Position numbers and translations under genes: made by a program
Notes under the pieces: model-generated
What the model was told of the DNA's origin: nothing
Databases searched by the model: none
What the model saw: only the letters and a program-made list of their open reading frames with translations
In this document: positions 1 through 12,052 of the stretch, in pieces
How the letters are laid out: every line of letters starts with the position of its first letter
How positions within the stretch are numbered: the stretch's first letter is position 1
Assembly (NCBI GenBank): GCA_028023455.1
Contig: JAQFVV010000006.1
Location: forward strand, 6,014,001-6,078,000
Origin: Epiperipatus broadwayi
Taxonomy: Eukaryota; Animalia; Onychophora
Reading direction: 5' to 3'
DNA: 64,000 bases

Positions 1-672
1 CCAATCACTCCCACAGATAGACCACCTCCTAAGTCTAGTAATTTCCTAGATGCAGTAGTTGAATTAATCAAAAATTATATGGTTATCACAAATGACACAA
101 TTGACAACCGGATTAGCATTTGGGAGGCTCATAGACTTATAAATCTGGTAATTATCCCCATACGACTTGAACTTGGGATAACCAACAAGAAAGTCATCTC
201 ACTCTTCAGTTACTGGTTCATGGAGCCAAAATACTTGGATTTCACTATTAAAATAAACTTGAACTCCATAAGCACTAACTGGTTTCTTGTATATAGGCAT
301 GACATTAACAAGATTGATTCTATCTGCCCCCTCTGTCAGATGCACAATGAAACATTTGACCATCAAGTTTGCTCATGTCCTGGCTTTTCAAAATCCAGAA
401 GGATTATAATTAATAACCTCAAAGTAAATTATTATCTGGTCACCTCACTTATAGATAGTATCAAAACAAGGTCAATACCAATCATAAGACTATTTTTATT
501 CATTAATTATGCATTTTGGACCCCCCACTGCAAAATAATCTTTGATTCCAGATATATTCAGATAGATAACTTTATAATTAAAAAACTAATAAAAATTAAA
601 CATCATGACTCCAGGCTCCGAATGTTAGATTTTCCAAGACATGGATGGGATCTTATTACATTAGCAGAATGA
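1..672 (+). mobile_element. 3' fragment of an L1/Tx1-like non-LTR retrotransposon ORF2 (C-terminal CCHC zinc-knuckle region)
   Basis: ORF 79..672 has CPLCQMHNETFDHQVCSC (C-x2-C-x8-H-x4-C) followed by FWTPHCKIIF, resembling the IW..RN..IF motif after the knuckle in L1/Tx1 ORF2. No RT core in the window. Confidence 0.55.
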
Positions 673-1591
673 TTCCTTTGTAACATTTGATTCAATCCCA
701 GACTAAACCTTCTCTGAAAATGGGATTTGAATATCCCAAAGATCAGACTTTTGCTATTTAATCAGTATATAGCACTACTTTTGTGATACTCTGCATGAAA
801 TTTCCGTGTTGCTGAGATGTCAGTACCTTTCCTTTTGCGAAGTAAGGTCACTAATAACCAAGTAGTAGAACGCAGCATCTAACAGGATAATGTGGGTGAT
901 TGATCAGTCTACATACATGGTGGCAGTAGATAATGACAACAGGTTATTTCTTATCCTGATTATTAACATATTTCAATTTATTGATTACATGGTATAGATT
1001 GTATACTCATTTTACTACATATAACTAAGTCTTGTATTCTATTATTCCCATTTACACTTTGTAACATTGTACACTCTTAATAAATTGTTGAGACTAATTT
1101 GATGTTATAAATCTACATTGCAAAGAAATATCTACAAAATTGAAGAAAAAAAAAAATATAATATTAATAAAATTTCTTTCAGTAAAGAAATTTTGCATTT
1201 TTAAAGCAGTAAATATCCTTTTACTAATAAAGGTTACTTTTGAAAGTAAATAATTATTTTTAACAGTTTATTTTACGCACTAAAAATAGTTCAAATGATT
1301 GAATAATTTATTATTCAGGAGTTTGTAAAAAGTTTGAACTCCAGAAGTAACAAAGCTGAGCCATGATCCAAGAATCTTGATCTCTGATGTCCGCTAATTT
1401 ATCATTGCACCGTACCACACATAACATTTTAAGTAATATTTATTTTATACAGTACAAACAGTATTTGAAATTAAATTGAGAGACTGCAAACCTCTCGTGG
1501 TCATCATTATCCAACAGCCAATAAGATGTTCTCAATAGCGATCAAATCATAAATACAAGTCAGAGAATTTAACAAGAAGAAGGCGGTCCAC

Positions 1592-1976
1592 CTTCTTCCT
1601 TACTTATCTTTCTATATATCCAAGCCAGTCTAAAGTATCTTGATTTGAAAGCGTGAAGCTCTAAATATCTTCACATTTAACTCACTAAGTTTAAATTACA
1701 AATCTACAGCGTGAAATCCTACGATTTACTACGCAGTAGTTTTTAGATGTTATAACTTACAGTAATGTATGTTTGTGCTTTATAAAATAAATATTATTTA
1801 CATACATTACTGCAAGTTATAACTTCTAAAAACTACTACGTAGTAAATCATAGGATTGCACGCTGTAGGTTTGTAATTTAAACTCAGTGAGTTAAATGTG
1901 AAGATATTTAGAGCTTCATGCTTTCAAATCAAGATACTTCAGACTGTATATATAGAAAGACAAGTAAAGTAGAAAG
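1592..1976. repeat. Foldback palindrome, arms about 165-185 bp, short AT spacer (MITE-like)
   Basis: 1626 CAGTCTAAAGTATCTTGATTTGAAAGC...CAGTAATGTATG is the near reverse complement of CATACATTACTG...GCTTTCAAATCAAGATACTTCAGACTG (ends 1946). Weaker match extends to 1592/1976. Confidence 0.85.
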
Positions 1977-1988
1977 TATGGACACTGA

Positions 1989-2240
1989 AGCTTGAATTGA
2001 AAACATTATTGTATTCTCATTTTGCACTCAAATCTTTACAGTTAGTTAATAAGGTAAAAGGTGGCTGCTGGAAGGTTGTATTAGATCCTAAGATCTAGGT
2101 GCAAAGATAGGGCTCTCAGATCCAAGGCTCCTCACTGATGTAAGCCACATGCTAGAAACTAGTCTGGAGATATTGGATGAGTAGGCACTAGATAGAGGTT
2201 TTATGCACAAACCTTCTTGCACCCATTGATTACTCTGGGC
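1989..2240 (+). mobile_element. HHR family A element, decayed copy (HHR 2129-2170)
   Basis: Homologous to 10320-10567. TCCTCA-CTGATGT-AAGC-CACAT-GCTA-GAAA-CTA-GTC-TGGAGA; last base of the CUGANGA core is mutated. Confidence 0.8.
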
Positions 2241-4769
2241 TCATAAAAATCTTGTAAATGATTTTTAACACATGCAAATTTCATTTTAAATACTGGAAAT
2301 ATAATGACATCGTTTAGATTCTCAGTTTTAAAATTTGAATATGAATGGTTGGATATTTGACTGCTAAAAAATAATTTATGTTAGAAGTATTTTATAAATC
2401 ATGCTTTTATTTAATTTGATAAGTAATGCACTAATAACTACCCACAATTTTGTTTGCTACATTTAACTTCAAATAAAAGTATTACACATCCATAAATTAA
2501 TTAATGCAATCACTATTTGGTGGAATCAATTAATTTATGAATACCATCACTGTTATTTCAAGATACATTGAAATGAACAATCCATTATTCATTTCAATTT
2601 TTAAAAATGATATTTTTTTCTTTTCTTTTGATCAGAAGGGAATATTACTTCATTCAAATCCCAGGATTGAATGTGCCTTGTGAATAACAGAGAAGAGCAT
2701 TACTAACAGTTAACTGGATTTGGTCTGGAACACTTGAATATTTGAATAACTCTGGCTGAAGTGAAGAAATAGACTTATTTAAAAGCCAACTAGAAATTAC
2801 AATGTTATACTATCACCTTAAATGGTCTTTTAATATTTGTCATAAAGAAATAAATTATGGTTATTTTGTTTTGGGTGAGCCTTATATTTAAAGAATGGTT
2901 TGTACTTTATTTTAAATAATTTGGATTTGTAAATAATGCTGATTATCCAAGTATTATATGAAAGAAACTTGGTGTAAAAAAAAATGAATTTGTAATAACT
3001 TCTCTTTTTTTGTTAAACTTTTTTTTAAAAGAAAAAATAAATTTTATATATCACATATGCATATCAAGCTTATGAACTTTGTATAAGTTATTAATAAGAT
3101 GAAAAGGCAAAAAAACAGTGATAACCATGTAAATACAATGCACACATAAATTACCTGTTTCAAATAACAGTAATTAACAATGTAATTCATTTGTTTGTAG
3201 TTTAACTAATATTTGATTACTGAAAATTGAATTTTATGTAAGTGAATTTATATATGCAGAGTTGTTTTTTCAATGTTTAATAGGTTATATAAGTTCGCAT
3301 CATATGGAATAATACATTCCTATCTATTTGATGAATTAGGGTTCAATCTCAGAATGAGTCATCCCTGTATAAATGGTAATTGTATTAAACTAGGTTTAGG
3401 CCAAAAGACCACTCCTTATAACCATTGTATAGAAGGTTTATTCAGTTAACATTAGAACTAAAATGACCATTCTTTTATAGTTATTATTATATAAGCAGTC
3501 ATGTTTAGGAATAGGACCTAAAAACAATTCTTTTACGATTATTGTAATAAAGATAGCATTGATGTTGATCCCATATAAAACATATATATGTATAAATACT
3601 AGGAGACATGCGAGGCAAAGAAATGTTATATTTATGAATTCATACATGCATAGAATTATATTTAAATTTATTGAAGACAGGGTTAAAGGCGAATGTGACA
3701 TTATCTATGAATATATTGAGACTATGATATATAAAGAATAAAGTGTTTTTTAAAGAAATAAATTGCATATTAATTAATGATTATACATTGTAAATAAGTT
3801 ATCGCTGTATGATTTGTTAACTTTATTAAAGAAAATAAATTGTACATCCATTAATAAGTAAACTTATAAATAAATTATTATTACATGATTGGTTATTTTG
3901 TTACTGTGAGATTGTGTGGTCTACCAACATTCATTGGGAGCAACTTATGTTCTCCATGATACAAATCAGGCTGTGTAATGCTTACATTACTATACTGAAT
4001 AAGATATTGTTTTATATATATATATGATAGTTTATTTCCTGATGCTTAAAGCCAGATGGTACCTGTGTAAGTTATGTAAATAAATAAATAGAAAAAATGT
4101 AAATAAATGAACTATGCTAACTCTGACCTTTACAATATATAACAACCAAAATTGTGGCTGAAGAAAAAAACTTTTTTAATTTTTAGTTCATTATTGATTA
4201 AATTAAACAAAAGCATTTTTTCATAAAATATTTTTATAGGTATTGGTTTTTTGTATTTAGATACTTTGAAATAGACTTTTTATGTTCAAATTTAAAAATT
4301 CACAATCATTGTTGAATATCACCATATTTCCAATATTTGAAATGAAATTCACATGAATTATAAACTGTTTTCAGGTTTTTATATTTATAAAGGCAATGGT
4401 TTATAAAGAGCAAATTTTGATTAAAACAATCAAAAGCAATTACGATTTCATCCTTCATTTTTTTTCATTTTATCTTAATTAATTGTAAATGCTTTCTAAC
4501 AAATTAGTCATGAAATTCAATGAAAGTGTATCACTTTTTATTATGCATCAGTGAACATTTTGTGAACCAATATCAACATGATTTGAAATTTAGCATGTCA
4601 ACACTGTTGACTGGAGTAAATGGCGGGACCATCTTGAAATATTCCATTGTTAAACTTCATGCACAAAATATGATTAAAATCCATATGATAAAAATATATT
4701 AAAAATTGGTTACAATATTTTGGTAAAAAAAAATAAGCAAACAGAATTTCCAAGCTAAAAAAAGCATTT

Positions 4770-5342
4770 AATCATTCTTTATACATGCACTGTACTTTAT
4801 TATTTAATTAGCGGTAGTTGAGGAGGGACCATACTGCCACCATCAGATGGCGCTGCAACACCATTAACAACCAGCCTGAAACCTGCAAGTGATACATTTA
4901 TTTACGAAAGTGGCTCAAAATTCACAAATAAAAAAATAAATGACCAGGATGTACTGCCGCCATCAGATGGCGCTGCGACACCATCAACAACTGGCCTGAA
5001 ACCTGCAAGTGATAAACTTATTTACGAAAGTGGCTCAAAATTTATAAATAAAAAAATAAAAAACCAAGACGTACTGCCGCCATCAGATATCGCTGCGACA
5101 CCATCAACAACTGGCCTGAAACCTGCAAGTGATAAATTTATTTATGAAAGTGGCTCAAAATTCACAAATAAAAAAAAAACCAAATGCTATGAAATTGAAC
5201 TAAAAAAAAAAAGCAATGGAAGTGGCTGAAAAATGACAAATAAAAATGGTCCCTCCTCAACTACCTAATTAGCAATGTTACACACAAGTATTTAACATTG
5301 CTAATTAAATATTAAAGTACAGCACATGTGTGAATGATGATT
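4770..5342. mobile_element. Foldback/MITE-like element with about 60 bp TIRs enclosing three 120-bp tandem repeats
   Basis: Left ...GTAGTTGAGGAGGGACCAT (to 4832) mirrors ATGGTCCCTCCTCAACTAC (from 5246); outer arms AAAGTACAG/CTGTACTTT also match. The 120-bp units align at about 4830, 4950 and 5070. Confidence 0.8.
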
Positions 5343-6097
5343 ATGTTTATATCCGAATTACAGTTTGACGCTATGCTAGTAAAAAAAAATTGTAGACTAA
5401 TTACATAAAAGCATTTAATAAAAAGGGAAAATAGAAATCAACCCTTTGTTAATTGACTATTAAGATGTGATACAATATTCATCCAGAATCACATGACACA
5501 CATTTCACTTTGAATTAGGTTTAATATTCCCCAACTTAATTATTAATTACAAACTTATCTTTCCATCATAAATGAAATCAAATATATTAATAGTATGAAT
5601 ATTTAAATATATGGCTTAGAAGTTTGGTGCCATTAAATTCTACTTGCAAAAATATTTAATTTTGGAATACATAAGTAATCTAGCAAATAAATTTTCATAA
5701 ATAATAATTACCTGCTGCAAACAGTAGTGGATAATATTATGAATGAGATACAGTGATGATGAAACAGACTGTATTTAAATGTAAAACTAAATGTTTGCTT
5801 AATACAATTCAGAAAGCATTTCTAAAACACAAGCACATAGTAAAAAAAAAATACTGCACATAATCTATTTTCAAATATAAAATATTTTAGTTGACAATTA
5901 ATTTAATTAACTAATAAAGATAAGTAATATATAGTGATTAATAAAAGTGTAATTTCCAGTAATAGTGCTTCACAAACAATATTGCATGAATTTCTAATTA
6001 CAAAACTAGTGCTAATAACAATTATAATCTGGTAAAAATTATTCTTCTTTCTTGACTTGAATATATAAATAAATTTGCATCTCACATGCATGCATAA

Positions 6098-6462
6098 ATG
6101 GTATGGCTGAAGATCTATCAGCTCCAAATGGCTATTTGAGTTGGATAGCTGGGTTTGAAGACATGTAGATGTCTGAAAATTTCAGATTTTCCACTCAATA
6201 GATAACTTTTAGATAAGTGCATGGCTTTGGGTTGGTATTTTTAGATCTAGTGTCTGAACCTACCCTGACACCTCTCTGAGGAGTGCCAAAGCACAAATCC
6301 ATGGTCAGGGGTTTGGGGAGGAGTTCCTGACAGAGATATTTTAAGTGCTGGTTCTGGCTTAGCATTTATCACAAGGCTTGTAGAGGAATTGGCAACCCTC
6401 ATTGTTTATAACTTACAAGCTTAAGAGATAGGGTCATGTGATCTATGACTCTTATTTGGACT
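6098..6462 (+). mobile_element. HHR family C element (HHR-like 6271-6311)
   Basis: CCTCT-CTGAGGA-GTGC-CAAA-GCAC-AAAT-CCATGG-TC-AGGGG; GAAA is mutated. Near reverse complement of 51644-51973. Ends GGGTCATGTGATCTATGACTCTTATTT. Confidence 0.8.
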
Positions 6463-7179
6463 AATTATTAATTTAGTTTTGGAATTCATTTTATGTAGTC
6501 AGTCTTATGTCTTTATAAAGAAAAGAAAATATCTTCTCCAGTTCATTACTTTATTATTTGCTACAACAATGCAAACAGATAAAATCATTAGATTACAAAA
6601 TTATCATACAATATTAAACTTACGCTACTTAAGAGCATAAAAGGAATATTTTTGAGATAATTTTTTAATTAATTAATTTCTTTTTCAAAATGTCCAAAAT
6701 GAAAGATTTTAAATATAGGTAAATATCACTGAAAAGTCCAATCAAGTAAAATGACTTTCATAATCTTGATTTTTATAAATTTTACGGTAAAGTATTGTTA
6801 ATATCCCTTTGGAAATTACTTTACTGGTATGTAAGTAACTTGAACATTTTATTCCAAGGACAACAATCTAAATTTTTTTTTTAAAATAAATTAATAGCAG
6901 GTAAAGTATTGTCAATATCCCTTTGGGAATTACAGTAAAATTCATTATGGGCATTTATATATTTGTTTTTGCTTTAACTATTCTATTTGGTAAGCTTGCT
7001 TATAAGAGAGATATTCATTCTACATATTCAATTTTATAAGAACACTTTTTTAAAAAAGAAGAATATTTAATTAATGGTTGATGTTTTTTAATGACACTAT
7101 TTTTAACCAATCATAATTCTTGATTTTTCAGCTAATTATATATTAAAAATTTGAAAATTGATGGTTTTTTTTTCAAATC

Positions 7180-7880
7180 TTTAATAGTTCAAAATCCCTA
7201 CTGCCAGACTTAATTAAATTTCCAAACTTTTGATTGGTCAATTACAGAATCAGCAGTAAATATATATTTATTTTTTAAAACTATATTTGTTTTAGTTTAG
7301 TTTCTAAAATGCAAATTAATACTTCATTAGTTTATTAAAGTGGATGAAAGTCTTTTTAAGAATAAATTTCTATTTATAATTGATAAAAATAATTTATAAC
7401 AGTAAACATACAATGTATGTTTGTTATCCAATTATAAATTGAAACTGTACATTGTTGATCTTTCTTTGTCAATTTGCCTTCATGTAAAAATAAACATATC
7501 TACTAAAATCTAAATACTTTTTCTAAAATCATTTACATTTCACACATATTTTGTGAAAAAAGTTATTAACATGTTAAAAAAAGGTTTTAAAATATGTTTT
7601 CACTTGAAAAATCAAAACAAAAAAATTTAACTGTCAAAATTTATTGACACGTGAACTCTGGTGGAGAACAGAAGAAACAATCAGTGCCTTGAAAGACAAT
7701 GCTTGCATTATTGTTACACCATTAAATTTAAATACTATTGATTTATTAATTGTAAATAAATCTTAAAGGTGGCAGCATCATTCAGTATAATTTTCTCAAT
7801 AAAATCAGCAAAATAACATTAAAAATAGTGGATCGTGAGTGTGGTAAAGCTGCATATGAAAATGACCATACAGTGCAGTT
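7180..7880. repeat. Unclassified interspersed repeat of about 700 bp, copy 1
   Basis: Colinear with 15811-16562 and partly with about 31735-32290 (shared CAAACTTTTGATTGGTCAATTACAGAATCAGCAGTAAA). Ends in a CTGCA...TGCAG hairpin. Confidence 0.8.
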
Positions 7881-8129
7881 CATGGGTTAGGAAAGAGAGA
7901 GAAATGATTGTTTAAAAAATAAAAACTTTTATTAAATAACTGACTATTACAAAACCATCAGACAAAATGATAAAATTAATATTAATTTGAGAATGTATAA
8001 AATAATTGAGATTTTCAAATACAATTATTGCTACATACCAACTATTTAAATGAAGATGTTCCAGGTGATTTTGGACGATAAGTAACAAAAAAACTGGATT
8101 TAAAAGTGATTTTAATATAGTGGAGCACA

Positions 8130-9185
8130 TCCAAGTATTGTGGAAAGTTATAGAAAAGACTAATATATATATATAAATTATTCTTGTGCTTTGGATTGAT
8201 AACTTATGAAAAAAGTGTTTGATTTATAGGTATTAGTGTAAACATTTGCATCATCAACATATGGACTAGGAATATTTTTACATTTTGGGGAATGCTTATC
8301 AAAATGCAGTAGCAATGATTTGAATATAATGATATTAAAAAGATTAATGTTGCAAGAATGTATGATAGGATTTCATATTTCCAAATCTTTTTAAATAGTT
8401 TTACAGAAGTATTTTGTACATTAAAATGGAAAGATAAGAGAGTAAAAGTGAATGGAGATTATTTATAAACATCCAGAATTTGAAAATGATATGGACATTT
8501 ATACAAATAATGCTTCACAGAACAAAAAATGTTATGGTGGTTACCAGGTTAAAGAAAATATAGGACTAAGGATAAATGCTAAAAAGACTAAAATAATATC
8601 CAATGGATTTTCTCAGGAGAAAGAAAAGATTAGTATCATAAAGTATAAAAAATTAACAAATACTTTGGCTAGATTATCAGTATAATTGAAAACATAATTG
8701 ATTAAATTAATCATAGAATTAAACTTGGATGAAGTGTTTTTGGTAGAAACATCTTAAAAATCAAAATATATTTTACCAGCTCTTACTTATGGGTGTGAAA
8801 CTTGGTCATTTAACAGAAGAATACTGCAGAGGCTTCAGATCACTTAATGAAAAAAAGAAAGGTATGTCAGAAGTAGCAACAAAGAATGAAAATGAAACAT
8901 ATGGTTTAAAGAACAAACAGTATTACTAGCACCACTGAAAGTTTTAAGAGATAGAAATGGATCTGGACTGGACATATTGCTAGAAGAGATGCTAACATAT
9001 GAACAAATTAAGTTTTAATTTGGATTTCAATAGATTATAAAAGATGCAGAAAGAAAATAGATGGTTGGATGAAATAAGAAAGTTTATTGATACATTGAGA
9101 AGATCAGATAAACTGGATTAAACTGCATTCTGTGATAGATAGATCAATAATTATTAAAAATGATGATGATGATCATGATGACAGT
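8130..9185 (+). mobile_element. RTE-clade LINE, decayed and internally deleted 3' part
   Basis: Aligns to 38950-40078: GLRINAKKTK (ORF 8452..8685), GCETWS, WTGHIARR, then a (GAT)n tail at about 9162-9182. Confidence 0.8.
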
Positions 9186-10105
9186 ATTATATTTTTAATG
9201 ATGATAAATTACATATACATTATGTACATTACTCAGTTTAAAAAATGTTTTCAGGAATAGACCAATGGAAAAAGAGAGACCTCTCCAACAATATCCTGAA
9301 AAAGAAGGGGGAAAAAACCCCTTCCCCCCAATTTTTTTTTTATATTAAAAAATTATAATAAAAATATTAATGTTTAGAATCTTACAAAAATTCCAACTAT
9401 TAACCTATATGTTCAAACCCTAGATAGTAAAATTTGTGTGCAGAGGTATTATCACTTCACCACAAGGCCTTTGGAACTCACACAATATACAAAGAAGGAT
9501 AAACATATGTAAATATACAGAGAAAGAGATTAATAAAGATTAAACAGCCTTTTTTTATAAATAGGCTATTGCAAGTGTTTAGAGAAGGATAGTAAATAAA
9601 AAAGCAATACTGACTGGACTTAAGTGGTAATGGTTTGTATAGTTTTCGATTTTTGCTTTATTCTATAGCTAAAGATATCTGAATACCCACTTACTAACCA
9701 GCAATAGTGACCGGACTTGGTGAATGCTGTGTGATAATAGTTTGTACAGTTTTCAATTTTGCTTTACTCAATAGTAAACATAGGTGGACTATCCACTTAC
9801 TGACCAATAATGAATCATTGGCTGGCTTGACTATGGCCAGCTGTCTGAGAAAATATCTGCACTTGTCGAAAAGAATTTCATTTGGCTTAGATTCGAACCT
9901 ATGGCTAACGAATGCTTTAGCTCTGCATCAGGAGATTTTAAGCCAATAAACATCTCACGATTACCTCCTCTTATGCTTGTGTATTACTGTTATTAAAACA
10001 GGCAAAACTCACTATATATATTGCCACACACAACAAGCTAGAGTAATCAATGGATGCCAGAAGGATTGTGCATTAAATCCCCATCTAGTGCTTACTCATC
10101 CAATA

Positions 10106-10147
10106 TCCCCAGACTAGTTTCTGGCTTATGGCCTTCATCAGTGAGGA
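10106..10147 (-). ncRNA. Type I hammerhead ribozyme motif (family A)
   Basis: Minus strand reads TCCTCA-CTGATGA-AGGC-CATAA-GCCA-GAAA-CTA-GTC-TGGGGA; full core and GUC triplet. Confidence 0.8.
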
Positions 10148-10457
10148 ACCTTGGATCTGAGAGCACTGCATCTAGATCTTAGGATCTAATGCAACCCTCC
10201 AGCAACCACCTTTTATTCCCATTTAACTACAAAACTATGAGTCTTAAACTGAAAACACCTTAAGGTTTTCAATCCAAGCCCATTAGCTTATGAGTTCAGA
10301 CCCATATGACTATATAAGCTAATGGGCTTGGATTGAAAACATTAAGGTGTTTTCAGTTTAAGACTCATAGTTTTGTAGTTAAATGGAGATAAAAGGTGTT
10401 TGCTGGAGGGTTGCATTAGATCCTAAGATCTAGATGCAGTGCTCTCAGATCCAAGGC

Positions 10458-10499
10458 TCCTCACTGAAGAAGGCCATACGCCAGAAACTAGTCTGGGGA
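10458..10499 (+). ncRNA. Type I hammerhead ribozyme motif (family A)
   Basis: TCCTCA-CTGAAGA-AGGC-CATAC-GCCA-GAAA-CTA-GTC-TGGGGA. Stem I can extend past an internal loop via ATCCAA (10449-10454) pairing with TTGGAT (10502-10507). Confidence 0.8.
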
Positions 10500-12010
10500 T
10501 ATTGGATGAGTAGGCACTAGTTGGGGATTTTATGCACAAGCCTTCTGACATCCATTGATTACTCTAACTTGCGGTGTGTGGCAATATATATAGTGAGTTT
10601 TGCCTGTTTTAACATCAGGAGATTTGTCAAGAGATACAGATCAAACAGTAATTAGATAATTAAATCTAAACTTAGTGAATGACTCTTAATATAACCTTTT
10701 TACACAGACCTTTAAAACAAAATCTACAATTTATTTTTAATTATTGAATTAATGTTTTACAATAATTGTATACACAACACTCAATAATCATTAAATAATG
10801 AGTAAATTTATTGCAATAAAGAGTTCTTTTCGTTTGTTTATTTTTGCCATTATTATTGGCCCAGATGTCTGATTCGTTTTTTGTTCGATTCCGTTGGAAA
10901 AACATATGAACTTCAATTAACACAAGAAATCAGCGTTCGACTATCTTTGATTTATTAAATTAGAAATTACTAATGATCTATCGGAGTTCAAGAGACATGC
11001 CAAACAAAGACAGGTTAGAATTCGCATTACTGATTGAAGAAAGCATGTCGGTTGTACCACTAATTGAGTTCATCTTAAGAAATCTAAGAATCACCAGGAA
11101 GAGTCCAAAGAAAATTAAATAAAATGCAAAACAGTCAAGTGAAAAATAATGTCTAAAATAAATAATTCATTTGGGTAAGTTTCACTACAGTTGTTACGGA
11201 AGGAATTATAATTACTTCTTTTATAAAACTAATTTATTGGTACATCAGGATCGACATTGGTAAGAAATTACATACGTTTAAAGTTTTATTTACGAGTATC
11301 AATCAAGCTTTACAGTTATATACGCTTTGCATAGTTTAGCGGAATGCGCCGAGTGGCAGGCAGTCTGTAGCCCAAGATTCTTAGATCATGGCGCCGATTT
11401 TCTAAGTTTTTGTAATCTCCGGAGCAAAAAAACTATCCGATTATTATTATTACTATTTTAATTATTATATAAGATGCCAATTGATTATGAAAAGCCGTCT
11501 ATGCAAAAATAATAAACTGGAATCTAATAAAAAGTTATATAAGCCGAGGCTTGTGTCCTTGTAGTTCAGATGATGTGATGTTATATATCTGCAATCTATT
11601 GTTTATCGAGTTTATATTAGACGGCTTGAAAATAGGCCAAAGAGAATTGTTCTGGAAAATAAGAATATGCATATAGCAAAATCATGTGATATTCTTAACA
11701 TTACACATGTTTAGTGTAAATTTTTTGGTATGACCAATTAATCCTTAGATAACAAAAAAAAACCCCTCCCCCCCATTTCTTCCAACAAAATAAATGGTTG
11801 GGGGGTATTTGGTTCTTTTTCTTTTTTTTTCTTATCTCCTCCCCCCCCCCCACTTAATTCTGTAGGGTCTCTTCTCCCTCCCCTCCCCCTTATTATTGGC
11901 CACAACAACAACAAAGTGGGGGGGTTGGGGGGGGGGGGGTAGTATATGGATTTTTTTTCTTTTTTCTTTTCCTTTTTTTTTTTTTTTTTTTTTTTTATAG
12001 TTTTCTTTTT

Positions 12011-12052
<42 letters not shown>

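Larger units (their letters stand above)
9939..10612. mobile_element. HHR family A insertion: 674-bp inverted repeat with two opposed HHRs and a 13-bp TSD
   Basis: TSD CATCAGGAGATTT at 9926-9938 and 10613-10625. Arms 9993-10290 and about 10314-10612. HHRs at 10106-10147 (-) and 10458-10499 (+). Confidence 0.92.

Noticed and set aside
1335-1410. tRNA-like SINE family (also about 11335-11400, 12440-12520, 53620-53690)
   Set aside because: Only loose A/B-box-like similarity; no cloverleaf, TSD or clear boundaries.
1626-1670. CTGAAGT-ATC-TT-GAT-TT-GAAA in the 1.6-kb palindrome as a hammerhead
   Set aside because: Core mismatch, 2-nt loop, extra bases before GAAA and no stem I.
3899-4134. Solo LTR (TGT...ACA with AATAAA)
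   Set aside because: No matching TSD and no second copy.
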